Shown: in pieces, positions 1 through 9,724 of the stretch
Layout: each line of letters opens with the position of its first letter
Position numbering within the stretch: position 1 is the stretch's first letter
Assembly: GCA_049414405.1 (NCBI GenBank)
Contig: JBMSAQ010000026.1
Span: 1-32,000 of the forward strand
Length of the DNA: 32,000 nucleotides
Origin: Candidatus Nanopusillus sp.
GTDB lineage: Archaea; Nanobdellota; Nanobdellia; Nanobdellales; Nanobdellaceae
Direction: 5' to 3'
Notes under the pieces: model-generated
What the model was told of the DNA's origin: nothing
The model's database searches: none
The model's input: only the letters and a program-made list of their open reading frames with translations
Position numbers and translations under genes: made by a program

Positions 1-1
1 T

Positions 2-1729
2 AGATATATAATTATATATTTATCATCCACTTTAACCCCAACAATTCCTTTTCTTATCTTACTGATAAATAATGAATTCGTATCTCCTATAACTTTGATT
101 ATATCGTCATTTCCAATAATTGTTTCTTTCATATTTTTATCCTATCTATTTAGAGACTCCATTACAAGAGATCCAAATCCGATAGGTATTCTTTATTATA
201 TATCCAAATTGTCTAAATATTTATTGCCAACTTTCGGATTCTTTTATTACTTATCAATAATATCTTTTATTTCTTTAGAATTATTATTGATAAGCGATTA
301 TTTTAAAATAGTAACTTCTTTCTCATTTTTAATACCATATATAATAATGTTTACTTTTTTAGTATTTAATTTATTCAACATAAACATTGAAAGTAAAATA
401 CAAGAAATTATTTCTTATATTTCTGTTATATCTCTTATTATTTTAATTTTGCTTTTTACATTTCCAATAGACATAAATATTCAATATAATCACATAGATC
501 CTAGTCATATAGATCCTTTTTTATTTATAATAGCATATAATATATCGGTATTTTCCGGTCTGGATATACTCACATATTATTCCAATCACTCAAATAGTAG
601 AAAAACCGGAAATGCTACTTTTTATGGAACAATATTTTTGTCAATAATTTCCATATTTTTATACATAAGTCTATTAAATATCAAAATAAAAGATCTTAGC
701 AACATGATTCTTTTAATATTTTTACCAATTAGTATATATTCTACATATATATGGTTTTATACTGCAAACAAAATATTAGAAAATATATCGGAAAATAGAT
801 TATTACCATATTTCTTTAGGATAAAAAACAACAAGAATTCTCCAATTTTTAATATTTTTCTATCTACATCTATCATTTTAATATTTCTATCTTTAAATGA
901 CTTTGGCGATTTGTTATCTTTTTTCTCCTCCTTTACAATTATTATATACGTACTATATGTAATATCTTATATAAAAATTAAAGTAGAAGGAAAAAATTTA
1001 CATAATTGGAGGTTAGTAAAAATATTTATTGCTGTCTTTTCAATGACAATTTTATCCTATATGTTATTATATAATTTCCTAAATAATATATATGCAGTTA
1101 TACTTACCCTTTCTATATCTCTTATTGTATTAATAACGACATTAAAAATAACATGGAAAAAGGATACAAAACTTACAGAATTATACTTTTCTAAATTTCA
1201 TTTTCTTCCATATTTAATTAGAAAATTGTGGTATAAAGAAGATATAAAAATAATCGAATATTATATAAAGGATGGATATAAAATATTAGATTTTGGTCCA
1301 TTCCTTGGTGATATAACTATACATATTGCAAGAAAATACAATGTAAAAGTTTATGCTTTAGAAATATCCCAAAAAATTGCAAAAAAATTACAAGAAAAAA
1401 CAAAAAATATGAACAATTTTTTTGTATATATTACAAAAAAGGACGAAATTCCAAAGATATTTTATAATAACATTGATTTAATAATTATATATGAAACATT
1501 AAAATTCGTTGTAGATAAAAATAAATTCGCAAAAGGTATATATAGAGCATTAAAAAATAATGGGTATTTAATATCAATAACTTATGCAGACTTTCTAGAA
1601 AAAAAAGATACGGAAGATGAAATTAAAAAAATGAAAGAATTACTTGAATATCATAATATAAAGACATTGTTAATAAAAACTCATAAAAGATTGTATACTA
1701 AATATATATTAATAGGCAAGAAAATTTAA
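2..1729 (+). CDS. Multi-pass membrane protein (APC-type permease-like) fused to a C-terminal class I SAM-dependent methyltransferase domain; probably 5'-partial
   Basis: The track ORF starts at a TTG (95), but the same frame stays open back to nt 2 with no ATG, so the gene probably begins upstream of the window. The N-terminal ~370 aa are hydrophobic helices with an APC-like FSGLD...Y segment. The C-terminal ~170 aa carry MTase motifs: ILDFGPFLGDI (degenerate motif I), ALEIS (acidic post-I), IDLIIIYETLKFV and LKNNGYLI. Confidence 0.55.
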   Translation, partial: RYIIIYLSSTLTPTIPFLILLINNEFVSPITLIISSFPIIVSFIFLSYLFRDSITRDPNPIGILYYISKLSKYLLPTFGFFYYLSIISFISLELLLISDYFKIVTSFSFLIPYIIMFTFLVFNLFNINIESKIQEIISYISVISLIILILLFTFPIDINIQYNHIDPSHIDPFLFIIAYNISVFSGLDILTYYSNHSNSRKTGNATFYGTIFLSIISIFLYISLLNIKIKDLSNMILLIFLPISIYSTYIWFYTANKILENISENRLLPYFFRIKNNKNSPIFNIFLSTSIILIFLSLNDFGDLLSFFSSFTIIIYVLYVISYIKIKVEGKNLHNWRLVKIFIAVFSMTILSYMLLYNFLNNIYAVILTLSISLIVLITTLKITWKKDTKLTELYFSKFHFLPYLIRKLWYKEDIKIIEYYIKDGYKILDFGPFLGDITIHIARKYNVKVYALEISQKIAKKLQEKTKNMNNFFVYITKKDEIPKIFYNNIDLIIIYETLKFVVDKNKFAKGIYRALKNNGYLISITYADFLEKKDTEDEIKKMKELLEYHNIKTLLIKTHKRLYTKYILIGKKI

Positions 1730-1733
1730 TATT

Positions 1734-2744
1734 ATGATAAATTATTTCGAATTGGAGAGATGGTATAGCGACAATGCTGAAAAAATAAATAATTCCATAG
1801 TAAAAAATATATATAATATTGAAGATGGGGTTGTTTTTGAATTATATAAACCGGGTTTAGAAACTAAATTCCTATATATAATCCCAGGAAAAATTGTTTT
1901 TTTATACAATATCAAAGAAAGAGAAGAAATAAATAAATTTACACTAAAATTAAGGAAAGATTTCAATGAGACAAAGATAAATATAGAAATTGATAATAAT
2001 GATAAAATTATCATAATAAAAAATAATGAAAAAAAACTATATATAGAGCTTTTTCCAAATGGGTTATTAGTTGTAACTGATTATAATGATATAATTTTAT
2101 ATGCAAATCAATATAAAAATTTTGGAATAAGGAAAATATTTAGAAATGAAAAATATGTAAAGCCACCAGGTTCTGTAAAGATTATAAATAATATAAATGA
2201 ATTTTTTGAAAAAGTAAATAATACAAATAAAAAAGATGTTGTAAGATTTTTAGCAATAGATCTATCATTGGGAGGAAAATATTCTGAATACATAATAAAA
2301 AAAGCAAATGTTGAAAAAAACAAAAGTCCAAAAGAATTAAATAAAGAAGAAATAGAAAGAATATATGGCATTTATAATGATATAGTAAACTTAAAGATCA
2401 TAATAGATGAAAATGGAAATATTATCGAAAATATCAATAAATATTTCACAAATCTTTATTTAAATAGAAGAGAAAATAAAAGAATTAAGAAATTAAATGA
2501 AGAAAAAGAAAAAATAAAAAGAATAATAGAAGAACAAAAAAAATATTTGGGAGAAATTAATAACGAAATTTATAAATTGGAGAAAATTGGTGAATTTTTA
2601 AACGTATATTCTTGGGTATTTAAAGACTATGACGTAAATAATATAATAAAAAATTTTAGAGAAATTAATATTGATATAGATATTAAAAAGGATAATAGAT
2701 ATTTAATTATTAATATAGATGACAAATATTTAGAAAATAAATAA
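1734..2744 (+). CDS. NFACT/Rqc2/FbpA-family protein, N-terminal half only (NFACT-N + HhH + first coiled-coil/M region)
   Basis: The N-terminus (FELERWY...IVKNIYNIEDGVVFELYKPG...LYIIPGKIVF) has the NFACT-N pattern. LAIDLSLGGKYSEYIIKKANV is HhH-like, followed by a K/E-rich coiled coil. It is 336 aa, whereas archaeal NFACT proteins that include NFACT-R/DUF814 are roughly twice as long. Confidence 0.5.
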   Translation: MINYFELERWYSDNAEKINNSIVKNIYNIEDGVVFELYKPGLETKFLYIIPGKIVFLYNIKEREEINKFTLKLRKDFNETKINIEIDNNDKIIIIKNNEKKLYIELFPNGLLVVTDYNDIILYANQYKNFGIRKIFRNEKYVKPPGSVKIINNINEFFEKVNNTNKKDVVRFLAIDLSLGGKYSEYIIKKANVEKNKSPKELNKEEIERIYGIYNDIVNLKIIIDENGNIIENINKYFTNLYLNRRENKRIKKLNEEKEKIKRIIEEQKKYLGEINNEIYKLEKIGEFLNVYSWVFKDYDVNNIIKNFREINIDIDIKKDNRYLIINIDDKYLENK

Positions 2745-2837
2745 ATCCTTTTTTATTTTATTTTTTATAAAATTTTTTCTTTTAAAATTTATATATTTAC
2801 CCAATAAATATATAAATTTTTTCAGTAAAAATTATTA

Positions 2838-2993
2838 ATGGCAGAACAATATATGGCATATTGCGTCAGATGTAAGAAAAAAGTATCGGTACAGAATCCA
2901 CAAAAAACTACATTAAAGAATGGAAGAACAGCAATAAAGGGAACGTGTCCACATTGTAAGGGAACTGTATACGTATTTGTTAAGTCTGAATAG
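2838..2993 (+). CDS. Small zinc-ribbon protein (51 aa, CxxC...CxxC; DUF5679-like)
   Basis: Not in the ORF track. My manual translation is MAEQYMAYCVRCKKKVSVQNPQKTTLKNGRTAIKGTCPHCKGTVYVFVKSE, from ATG to TAG. An AT-rich TATA-like box (aaatatataaa) lies about 25 nt upstream. Confidence 0.6.
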   Translation: MAEQYMAYCVRCKKKVSVQNPQKTTLKNGRTAIKGTCPHCKGTVYVFVKSE

Positions 2994-2994
2994 G

Positions 2995-4752
2995 TTATTC
3001 ATAATATATTCCTTTTTCTTTTTGTATAAGATCTAATCTACTATTTTGTTTATTAACTCTTGGTCTTTTTGTTTCTTCATCCGTTCTCATTGTTATATCT
3101 AATTGTTTTAAAAATATATTTAATCCTTCCTTATTTTCATATATACCTAAAGCTTTCCCATATTTACCAGGTTCTCCCACAAATACTAAAATTCTGTCAG
3201 AAACCCAATTTAAAAATATTAAATCATGATCTACAACCATACAAGCCTTTCCCCTAATTTTTATTATATCTCTTATAAATTTTGATAATAATAATCTTTG
3301 TTCTATATCTAGATTTGCAAACGGTTCATCTATTAAATATAAATCTGCATCCTTTATCAATGTACCAAAGGTATATACTGTTTGTAATTCTCCTCCCGAT
3401 AATGTACTAACTTCTCTATCTAATAGATCAGAAATACTTAACATAGATAAATATTCTTTATAATCATCTTTATATTTTTCATTAAAATTTTTCAAAAACC
3501 GATCTACAGTTATATCATAATTAGAAAAATCGTAAAATTGCTGTTTATACGATATTATTAAATTTTTTGACATATCTCCTTCATATTTTATTTCTCCAGC
3601 CAAAACCTTTACAAAAGTACTTTTTCCAATTCCATTTCTCCCAATTATTCCGATTATTTCATTTTCTCTAACAAATCCGGGATTTGCCTCTAATCTAAAA
3701 TTATCCAATTTTACTATGATATTTCCCCACCCAACAATCTTTTTTCCAAATTTTACATCTGTATAGCTTTTTACATCCAATCTTATTGGTTTATCTCTTA
3801 TCTTTAAATTTTCTCTTTTTATAAACCCATCTAAGTATTGATTTATACCTTCCTTTGACCCAACGGGATATGAAAAAGCACCATATGCTTTTTGTACTCC
3901 ATAAACAATATGTATAATATCTGAAATAGAATCTAAAAATAATAAATCATGATCTATTATCAATATCGTGTCGTTTTCTTTTATTTCATTTAAATTATTC
4001 AATATTCTCAATCTTTCATATATATCTAAGTAATTTGTAACTTCATCAATCAATAATAAATTATGCTCCTTATATAATGAATATATATATACTACTTTCT
4101 GAAATTCTCCTCCAGATAGATCTCCAATTCTTCTGTCCAATATATTTTCTATTTCAAATTTTTTTAATATCTCCTCTAAATTGTTTACAACCTTTGATAA
4201 AAATTCCTTAACTGTTTTATCCTTTAACATATTTTTTATTTTAGTAATATTCTGAGGTTTATATGAAATTATTACCTTATTACTATATAATTTTTCAAAA
4301 TAAGATTGAAGTTCAGAACCTCTAAATTCTCTTATAATTTCTTTATCATCATATTTTTTATTAAAATCTCCAAAATTTGGTTTTAATAAACCCGCTATTA
4401 TATTTATTGCTGTACTCTTTCCCATTCCATTTCTTCCAATTATTCCAACAACTTTTCCTTCCTTAATTATTGGTAATCTATACAATCTAAATGTGTTTGG
4501 ACCATATTGAAATACTGGTCTCTCATCCGGCTCTTTTGTCAAATTTATAATTATTATTGCATTAAATGGGCATCTCTTTACACATATGCCACATCCGATA
4601 CACAAAGATTCATCAATAGATGGTTTTTTATCTTGTAAAATATTAAATATTTTTAAATTGTTTTTTTGAACTGGACATACTTTCATACATATATAATCAC
4701 ATTTTTCAGGAGCCTTACATCTATCTCTATCAATTACTGCAATTCTTTTCAT
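2995..4752 (-). CDS. abcE1: ABCE1 / RNase L inhibitor homolog (ribosome-recycling ATPase)
   Basis: The N-terminus has a 4Fe-4S ferredoxin pair (CDYICMKVCP, CIGCGICVKRCP). Two ABC nucleotide-binding domains follow (GRNGMGKST / LSGGEFQ / LLLIDE and GRNGIGKST / LSGGELQ / LYLIDEP). Its start overlaps the upstream gene's end by 4 nt. Confidence 0.95.
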   Translation of the reverse strand: MKRIAVIDRDRCKAPEKCDYICMKVCPVQKNNLKIFNILQDKKPSIDESLCIGCGICVKRCPFNAIIIINLTKEPDERPVFQYGPNTFRLYRLPIIKEGKVVGIIGRNGMGKSTAINIIAGLLKPNFGDFNKKYDDKEIIREFRGSELQSYFEKLYSNKVIISYKPQNITKIKNMLKDKTVKEFLSKVVNNLEEILKKFEIENILDRRIGDLSGGEFQKVVYIYSLYKEHNLLLIDEVTNYLDIYERLRILNNLNEIKENDTILIIDHDLLFLDSISDIIHIVYGVQKAYGAFSYPVGSKEGINQYLDGFIKRENLKIRDKPIRLDVKSYTDVKFGKKIVGWGNIIVKLDNFRLEANPGFVRENEIIGIIGRNGIGKSTFVKVLAGEIKYEGDMSKNLIISYKQQFYDFSNYDITVDRFLKNFNEKYKDDYKEYLSMLSISDLLDREVSTLSGGELQTVYTFGTLIKDADLYLIDEPFANLDIEQRLLLSKFIRDIIKIRGKACMVVDHDLIFLNWVSDRILVFVGEPGKYGKALGIYENKEGLNIFLKQLDITMRTDEETKRPRVNKQNSRLDLIQKEKGIYYE

Positions 4753-6554
4753 ACTAATTTAAATTCTATTTTACTTTTATTATTTATAGCTTCCAATATT
4801 TCCTGGCCTATTTCAGAATTTAGGTCTAAAACAATTTTTCCTTTTTTATTTATCTTAAATTTTCCAATTAATTTTCCATTTATATATAATTCTACCTCTC
4901 TTTTCCTAAATAAATTATTAAACATTATTGTAAGATAATCTTTTGATATTTCATAATCAAAATTTATAATTTCATTTAATTTTTCGACATTTTTTGTTTC
5001 AATTCTCAGATTATACTTATCCTTTATACCCATTAAATATCTTTTTTCATTTCTAATAAACCTCTTTTTAAGCTCTTTTGGAATATAAAATGTTATTCCA
5101 TCATCTAAAACTTCTGCATAAACATTATTATATTTTCTTCCGTATTCTATATTTAACAAATCTTCTAAGAACCTTTGAATTCCGGATTTTTGTCTATATT
5201 TTTTAATTGGAACAACCATTATCTCTTCTCCAAAGGTATATATTTCATACTCTAAATCATTTGTTATGAAATCTCTTACTTCAACAACCGGTCTTGCAAG
5301 ATCTTCTTCTTTTAAACCATGTGGAATTTTAACAATTAAATTTAAATAGTATACCTTTTCTATCTGTCCTTTATCTATATATATTATTGTATCAATTATT
5401 TGTGGGATCAAACCAAGTTCTGTCCTAGATAATAGTCTATGAACAATGTCTATTGGTCTTTCGGCATGTGCAACACCAACCATTCCAATTCCTGCCAGTC
5501 TTAAATCTATATATAATTTAAAGTCTCTGGTATCTCTCATTTCATCGAATATTACATAATCTGGCCTTGATAATAATAATATATCATGTATTTCTTCATC
5601 TGTAGAATAATTTTTTGAGTATTGAACAATATCTGTGGATAATATTAAATCTCTTGGAGATTCTATTGTTTTAACAATCTTCTTCATACTTAAGTAATAT
5701 TCTGCAAGAGCTTGAGCAAATGTTGTTTTTCCAGAACCTGGTTTTCCAACAATTATAATTCCTTCCGATTTCTCTTTTAATCTTTCAACTATTTTTTCAT
5801 TCAAATTGTAATCTTCTATTCTTAATATTTTTGAAGGCTTAACAATTGTTATTTCATATGCATCTGATAGTGGTGGTTTTACAATTACAATTCTAAAAAT
5901 TCCTAATTGAATAATCAAACTATTCTTTTTTTCTTGTTCTATGAACGAATCTCTTCTATTTCTAGTAATATATATTATCTTATCGATTAAATCTTCTATA
6001 TCTTTATTTCCATATGTTTTATCTATCTCTTCCAAATACCACTCGCCAGGTTTTCCTCTTTTTCTTTTTACTTTTGTATTTTCGATAATATGAACAGATA
6101 TTGTATCATTGGTAAATAAATCTAAAAAGGGTGGGTTCTCTATTGAAAGACCTTCTTTTTCAATAAATAAACAATCAACATTATATACTTTGGCAGTTTC
6201 ATATAATACCCTATCGGATGTCAATAATGTAGATTTTGTTTCTCTCGCAATTTTAATAATTAAATAATCTATATATCCATGTTTAGCCAATCTTATTTGT
6301 TCTAATGTTGGTTTTTCTCCCAATATTGTTACCTTATAATTATATTTTTCAGATAATTCTCTAATTTTTTGCAGTTCTTTCAGACCAATCAATCCCTTTT
6401 CAAGACCTTTATTTGCCTGAGCTTGTAATTCATCAATTACAGGTGTGGGTATTATTACTTCATTAAATAAAATACTACTATTTAATAACGATCTTGAAAT
6501 ATATTCGTCAATTACTACAGACGTATCTAATGTTATTTTATCTAATTTCATCAA
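4749..6554 (-). CDS. PIN-domain / PilT-like ATPase with KH-type C-terminal region (COG1855-type)
   Basis: The N-terminal PIN domain shows LDTSVVID, DELQ and TSDRV. Walker A is GKPGSGKTT and Walker B is VIFDEMRD. Length and architecture match archaeal PINc/KH ATPases. Confidence 0.8.
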   Translation of the reverse strand: MMKLDKITLDTSVVIDEYISRSLLNSSILFNEVIIPTPVIDELQAQANKGLEKGLIGLKELQKIRELSEKYNYKVTILGEKPTLEQIRLAKHGYIDYLIIKIARETKSTLLTSDRVLYETAKVYNVDCLFIEKEGLSIENPPFLDLFTNDTISVHIIENTKVKRKRGKPGEWYLEEIDKTYGNKDIEDLIDKIIYITRNRRDSFIEQEKKNSLIIQLGIFRIVIVKPPLSDAYEITIVKPSKILRIEDYNLNEKIVERLKEKSEGIIIVGKPGSGKTTFAQALAEYYLSMKKIVKTIESPRDLILSTDIVQYSKNYSTDEEIHDILLLSRPDYVIFDEMRDTRDFKLYIDLRLAGIGMVGVAHAERPIDIVHRLLSRTELGLIPQIIDTIIYIDKGQIEKVYYLNLIVKIPHGLKEEDLARPVVEVRDFITNDLEYEIYTFGEEIMVVPIKKYRQKSGIQRFLEDLLNIEYGRKYNNVYAEVLDDGITFYIPKELKKRFIRNEKRYLMGIKDKYNLRIETKNVEKLNEIINFDYEISKDYLTIMFNNLFRKREVELYINGKLIGKFKINKKGKIVLDLNSEIGQEILEAINNKSKIEFKLV

Positions 6555-6819
6555 TTATTTTATTATATTCTTTATCAAAACCATTTAACCTATCTAAAGC
6601 CCTCTTTATTGCATCTATTAATATTTCTCTTGGTTTTCTTTTTCCATTGGTTCTTATATATAAGTAAATATCTTTTATTAGAGGATGATTTTCTTTCCAT
6701 GCGGCAATTATTACATCTGGATCTTTATCCAATTCTTCTTTTAATAACATAGACATAGTTGCTTTATCATTTTCAAATATTATTTCCATTTCTGTTTCAC
6801 TTTCCTTATTTACTTTCAT
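6538..6819 (-). CDS. rpoL: DNA-directed RNA polymerase subunit L (Rpo11)
   Basis: A 93-aa protein with LLKEELDKDPDVIIAAWKENHPL...IRTNGKRKPREILIDAIKRA, which is the typical RpoL pattern. Confidence 0.85.
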   Translation of the reverse strand: MKVNKESETEMEIIFENDKATMSMLLKEELDKDPDVIIAAWKENHPLIKDIYLYIRTNGKRKPREILIDAIKRALDRLNGFDKEYNKIIDEIR

Positions 6820-6842
6820 TCCTATTATATTATATAAATATT

Positions 6843-8495
6843 TTATATAACTTTATCTCTTATCTTTTTTATCTCAAAATTAAATAAATTAATACTCAAA
6901 ACCCCTCCATTTTTTATATTTCTCAAAAATAAAATACCTGGTTCTGGTTTATGACCCAATTCTTTCTGATATGGGGTTATATCCTGGAAGGTGGATGAAT
7001 TAATTAAATCTATCCCTCTATATTCGCTATAAGATGCTCTATGTATATGGCCGGTATGAAACAAATCTGGTACAATCTCTATTACAGATGGGTCGTCATT
7101 TATATATGGAACGTACGGATTTGATCCATGAGATGGAAATATTAACCTAAACATTAACATAAATTTCATTAATTCTCCGGGATTTTCATATCCCCCTCTC
7201 TCTCTTAAAAAAGAAATGTTTGATACTAACCAATCTAAAACGTATCCATGGTATAATAACCCAATAATCGAATTATGTATTTTTACATATGATGGATTTG
7301 ACAAATAATGTATATTTTTCATTGAATAGGATTCTCTTAATAAAGATCTTGGCAATTCTGGTTGTGGTTCTGCCAATCTTGGTATGTCGTGATTTCCTGG
7401 TATAATAATTGTCTTTATACTTTCCGGTATTTTTAATATATAATCTTCAAAACTTTTATATTGGTCCTCATATGTTTTTAATACCAATTCTTCTTTTTGA
7501 TCTGGATAAACACCAACCCCATCCACAACATCACCAACAATTATTACATAACCTATTTTTCTAGTAATTTCATTTATTTTTTCATTTTCTGTTTTTCCAT
7601 TTACAAATTGTAAAAATCTATCAAATAAATTGTAAAATGTATGTTTATTTCCTATTTGCCAATCACCAGTAAATAGTATATATACATCATCTTCCCCAAA
7701 TGTTTTTGATTTTTTTATTGGTACATTTGGTAATATCACATTATTTACAAAAAACATGTTGTTTTTATATATACCAACTAAACCAATAACAGAATCTGAC
7801 GGTATATCTTTGACTATTTTAAAATCTATGTTTTCGTTATCTTTGCTTATAAAAGCTTTTATAATATTGTTTTCATCTTCTATAACAAGAATTATTCCTT
7901 TTTCGGTTATTTTCTTATCATAAACCAATCCTGCAATTGCAACTTCTTTGTTTTCTGGTATTTTATTTAACGGATATAGTTCTCTCATTTCTGAATGATC
8001 TCTTAGTATTTTTTTTATCTTATTTAATCTTTGCTTATAATATGATATCCAGGATATAATGTCTGGTTTATTTTTTTGTATTTCAAATTTCTTTAGAATA
8101 TTTATTTCTTTTGCTTCTTTCATTTCCTTTACAGATAGTTCTATTTCTTCTCCAACGTGTTTCTTTGTACTTTCTATAAGAATTACATTAGTACTTTCTT
8201 TTTCTATATTTTGTTTATTTTCATTTATATTAAAAAAATCTTTTATATTTATAATGTTTCGTTTTTTATTGATGTTCTTTTCACTTTTTTCAATGTTTTT
8301 ATTATCATTACTAACATTTTTTTCAAGTATTTTATTAATAAAATCTTCATCTATCTTATTTACATTGTTTTTTACTGCTTCTTTAAATATAATGTCTAAA
8401 TATTCATCTTTTAAATTGTTTAAAAGATCATATGCTCTTTTTTCAATAAATATATTATTTTCCCATAGCAGTTTTATTAGATCTTCTTTATTCAT
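6843..8495 (-). CDS. polB: DNA polymerase II (PolD) small subunit DP1
   Basis: Calcineurin-like phosphoesterase motifs are present (GDWQIG, GDVVDGVGVYP, PGNHD, GHIH). There is an OB-like middle region and the gene sits immediately downstream of orc1/cdc6. Confidence 0.9.
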   Translation of the reverse strand: MNKEDLIKLLWENNIFIEKRAYDLLNNLKDEYLDIIFKEAVKNNVNKIDEDFINKILEKNVSNDNKNIEKSEKNINKKRNIINIKDFFNINENKQNIEKESTNVILIESTKKHVGEEIELSVKEMKEAKEINILKKFEIQKNKPDIISWISYYKQRLNKIKKILRDHSEMRELYPLNKIPENKEVAIAGLVYDKKITEKGIILVIEDENNIIKAFISKDNENIDFKIVKDIPSDSVIGLVGIYKNNMFFVNNVILPNVPIKKSKTFGEDDVYILFTGDWQIGNKHTFYNLFDRFLQFVNGKTENEKINEITRKIGYVIIVGDVVDGVGVYPDQKEELVLKTYEDQYKSFEDYILKIPESIKTIIIPGNHDIPRLAEPQPELPRSLLRESYSMKNIHYLSNPSYVKIHNSIIGLLYHGYVLDWLVSNISFLRERGGYENPGELMKFMLMFRLIFPSHGSNPYVPYINDDPSVIEIVPDLFHTGHIHRASYSEYRGIDLINSSTFQDITPYQKELGHKPEPGILFLRNIKNGGVLSINLFNFEIKKIRDKVI

Positions 8496-9724
8496 ATATC
8501 TTTTTTTATTTTTTCATATATTTTTTTAAGATTATCAACATCTGATATAATCTTTAAAACCTTGTTTACTCCGTTTTTTCCATTAGATATTATTTTTGAT
8601 TCTATTAATTCTCCAAATATACTTTCTATTTTCTTTAGATTTTTATATACTGCTGTTTTATCTAAAACAGATATTCCAAAACTATTAGATAAATTTACGT
8701 ATTCTTCGTATAAATTGTTAAATGTTACAAAATCTTCTTTTTTTATTTGTTCTTTTATTAAGGCTAGTAAAATTATTTTTTGTGTTTTGTTTAAAGTGTT
8801 TACTATAGACTCTAATATATTTAAATCAACACTTGAAAAAGCTTCATTTATGTCGTCTTTATCTATTTTTTCCTTGTTTTTATTATATGAAATAATTGCT
8901 GATAATCTTAGCACATTTATTGCAATTCTTGCGTCTCCAAAAAATTCTTTAGAAACCTTTGCAGAAATATAATTTATATCTTCCTCTGATATTGAACCTG
9001 GTTTTAGAGCTTTTATAGCTCTGTCTTTTAGAATTTCTCTCAATTCATAATAATTGTATGGAAGAAATTTTACTTGAATTATCGATGAAAATGACGATTT
9101 TATTCTTTGATCCAATTGAGATATAAAAGATGGGGAATTTGAAATGAGTATTATCCTTATTCTACTTAAAAAGTTTATATCGTAATTTCTTAATAGCAAA
9201 TACAATATTTCTGTATTTTCCAACTTTCTAAATATACTATCTACTTCATCTAATATTATTATTAGCTTATAATCATTATTGATTATAAATTTATATATAT
9301 TTTCATATATATCATTCTTTCTAACTCCGCTTTTTATATTTGTATTTGTTAGTTCTTCATATATTTTTTTAAATATATAATAATCTACTTCGTCCGACAG
9401 TATTTGTTTGCAATTTATATATGCAACTCTTACTTTTAGCTTATTTTTTGCCGAATAAAATGATATACCTTTGCTTAAATACCTTGCCATTAAAGTTTTC
9501 CCAGTACCGGTAGTTCCGTATAAAAATAAGTTACTTCCTGTATTTCTATTTAAAAACAAGTTTATGTTTGATAATATGATTTCTTTTTCTTTATCTCTAA
9601 ATTTGATTTCGTATGGAATGAAATCTTCTTCAAAATATCTTCCATCTACAATAAGGCTTTTATTTTTATTTGATATTTTTTCAAAATCTGATAAAAAATA
9701 GTCTATTATAGAATTTGTCATCAT
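8492..9724 (-). CDS. cdc6: Orc1/Cdc6 replication initiator
   Basis: AAA+ Walker A is YGTTGTGKT and Walker B is IIILDEVD. The C-terminus looks like a winged helix. It overlaps DP1 by 4 nt. Confidence 0.9.
   Translation of the reverse strand: MMTNSIIDYFLSDFEKISNKNKSLIVDGRYFEEDFIPYEIKFRDKEKEIILSNINLFLNRNTGSNLFLYGTTGTGKTLMARYLSKGISFYSAKNKLKVRVAYINCKQILSDEVDYYIFKKIYEELTNTNIKSGVRKNDIYENIYKFIINNDYKLIIILDEVDSIFRKLENTEILYLLLRNYDINFLSRIRIILISNSPSFISQLDQRIKSSFSSIIQVKFLPYNYYELREILKDRAIKALKPGSISEEDINYISAKVSKEFFGDARIAINVLRLSAIISYNKNKEKIDKDDINEAFSSVDLNILESIVNTLNKTQKIILLALIKEQIKKEDFVTFNNLYEEYVNLSNSFGISVLDKTAVYKNLKKIESIFGELIESKIISNGKNGVNKVLKIISDVDNLKKIYEKIKKDI

Noticed and set aside
4313-4352. A C/D-box-like pair on the minus strand (AUGAUGA ... 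CUGA) that might be a methylation guide sRNA.
   Set aside because: It lies inside the ABCE1 coding frame. Only 29 nt separate the boxes, with no internal D'/C' boxes. AT-rich coding sequence produces such matches by chance.
8059-8529. Numerous 60-156 aa ORFs in the track lie antisense to or overlap confidently assigned genes. Examples are 1742-2014, 2108-2371, 3060-3257, 4666-4938, 8059-8529, 8157-8399, 8562-8972, 9471-9701, 10505-10744, 10889-11116, 16761-17003, 19345-19554, 22098-22328, 22736-23117, 23579-23809, 24373-24597, 24899-25718, 26273-26458, 26752-27021, 29458-30027 and 31144-31395.
   Set aside because: They are shadow ORFs. Their F/L/I/S-rich low-complexity translations are what the reverse complement of K/E/N-rich AT-rich coding sequence produces. 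They have no motifs, and each lies fully inside a gene with strong homology evidence.
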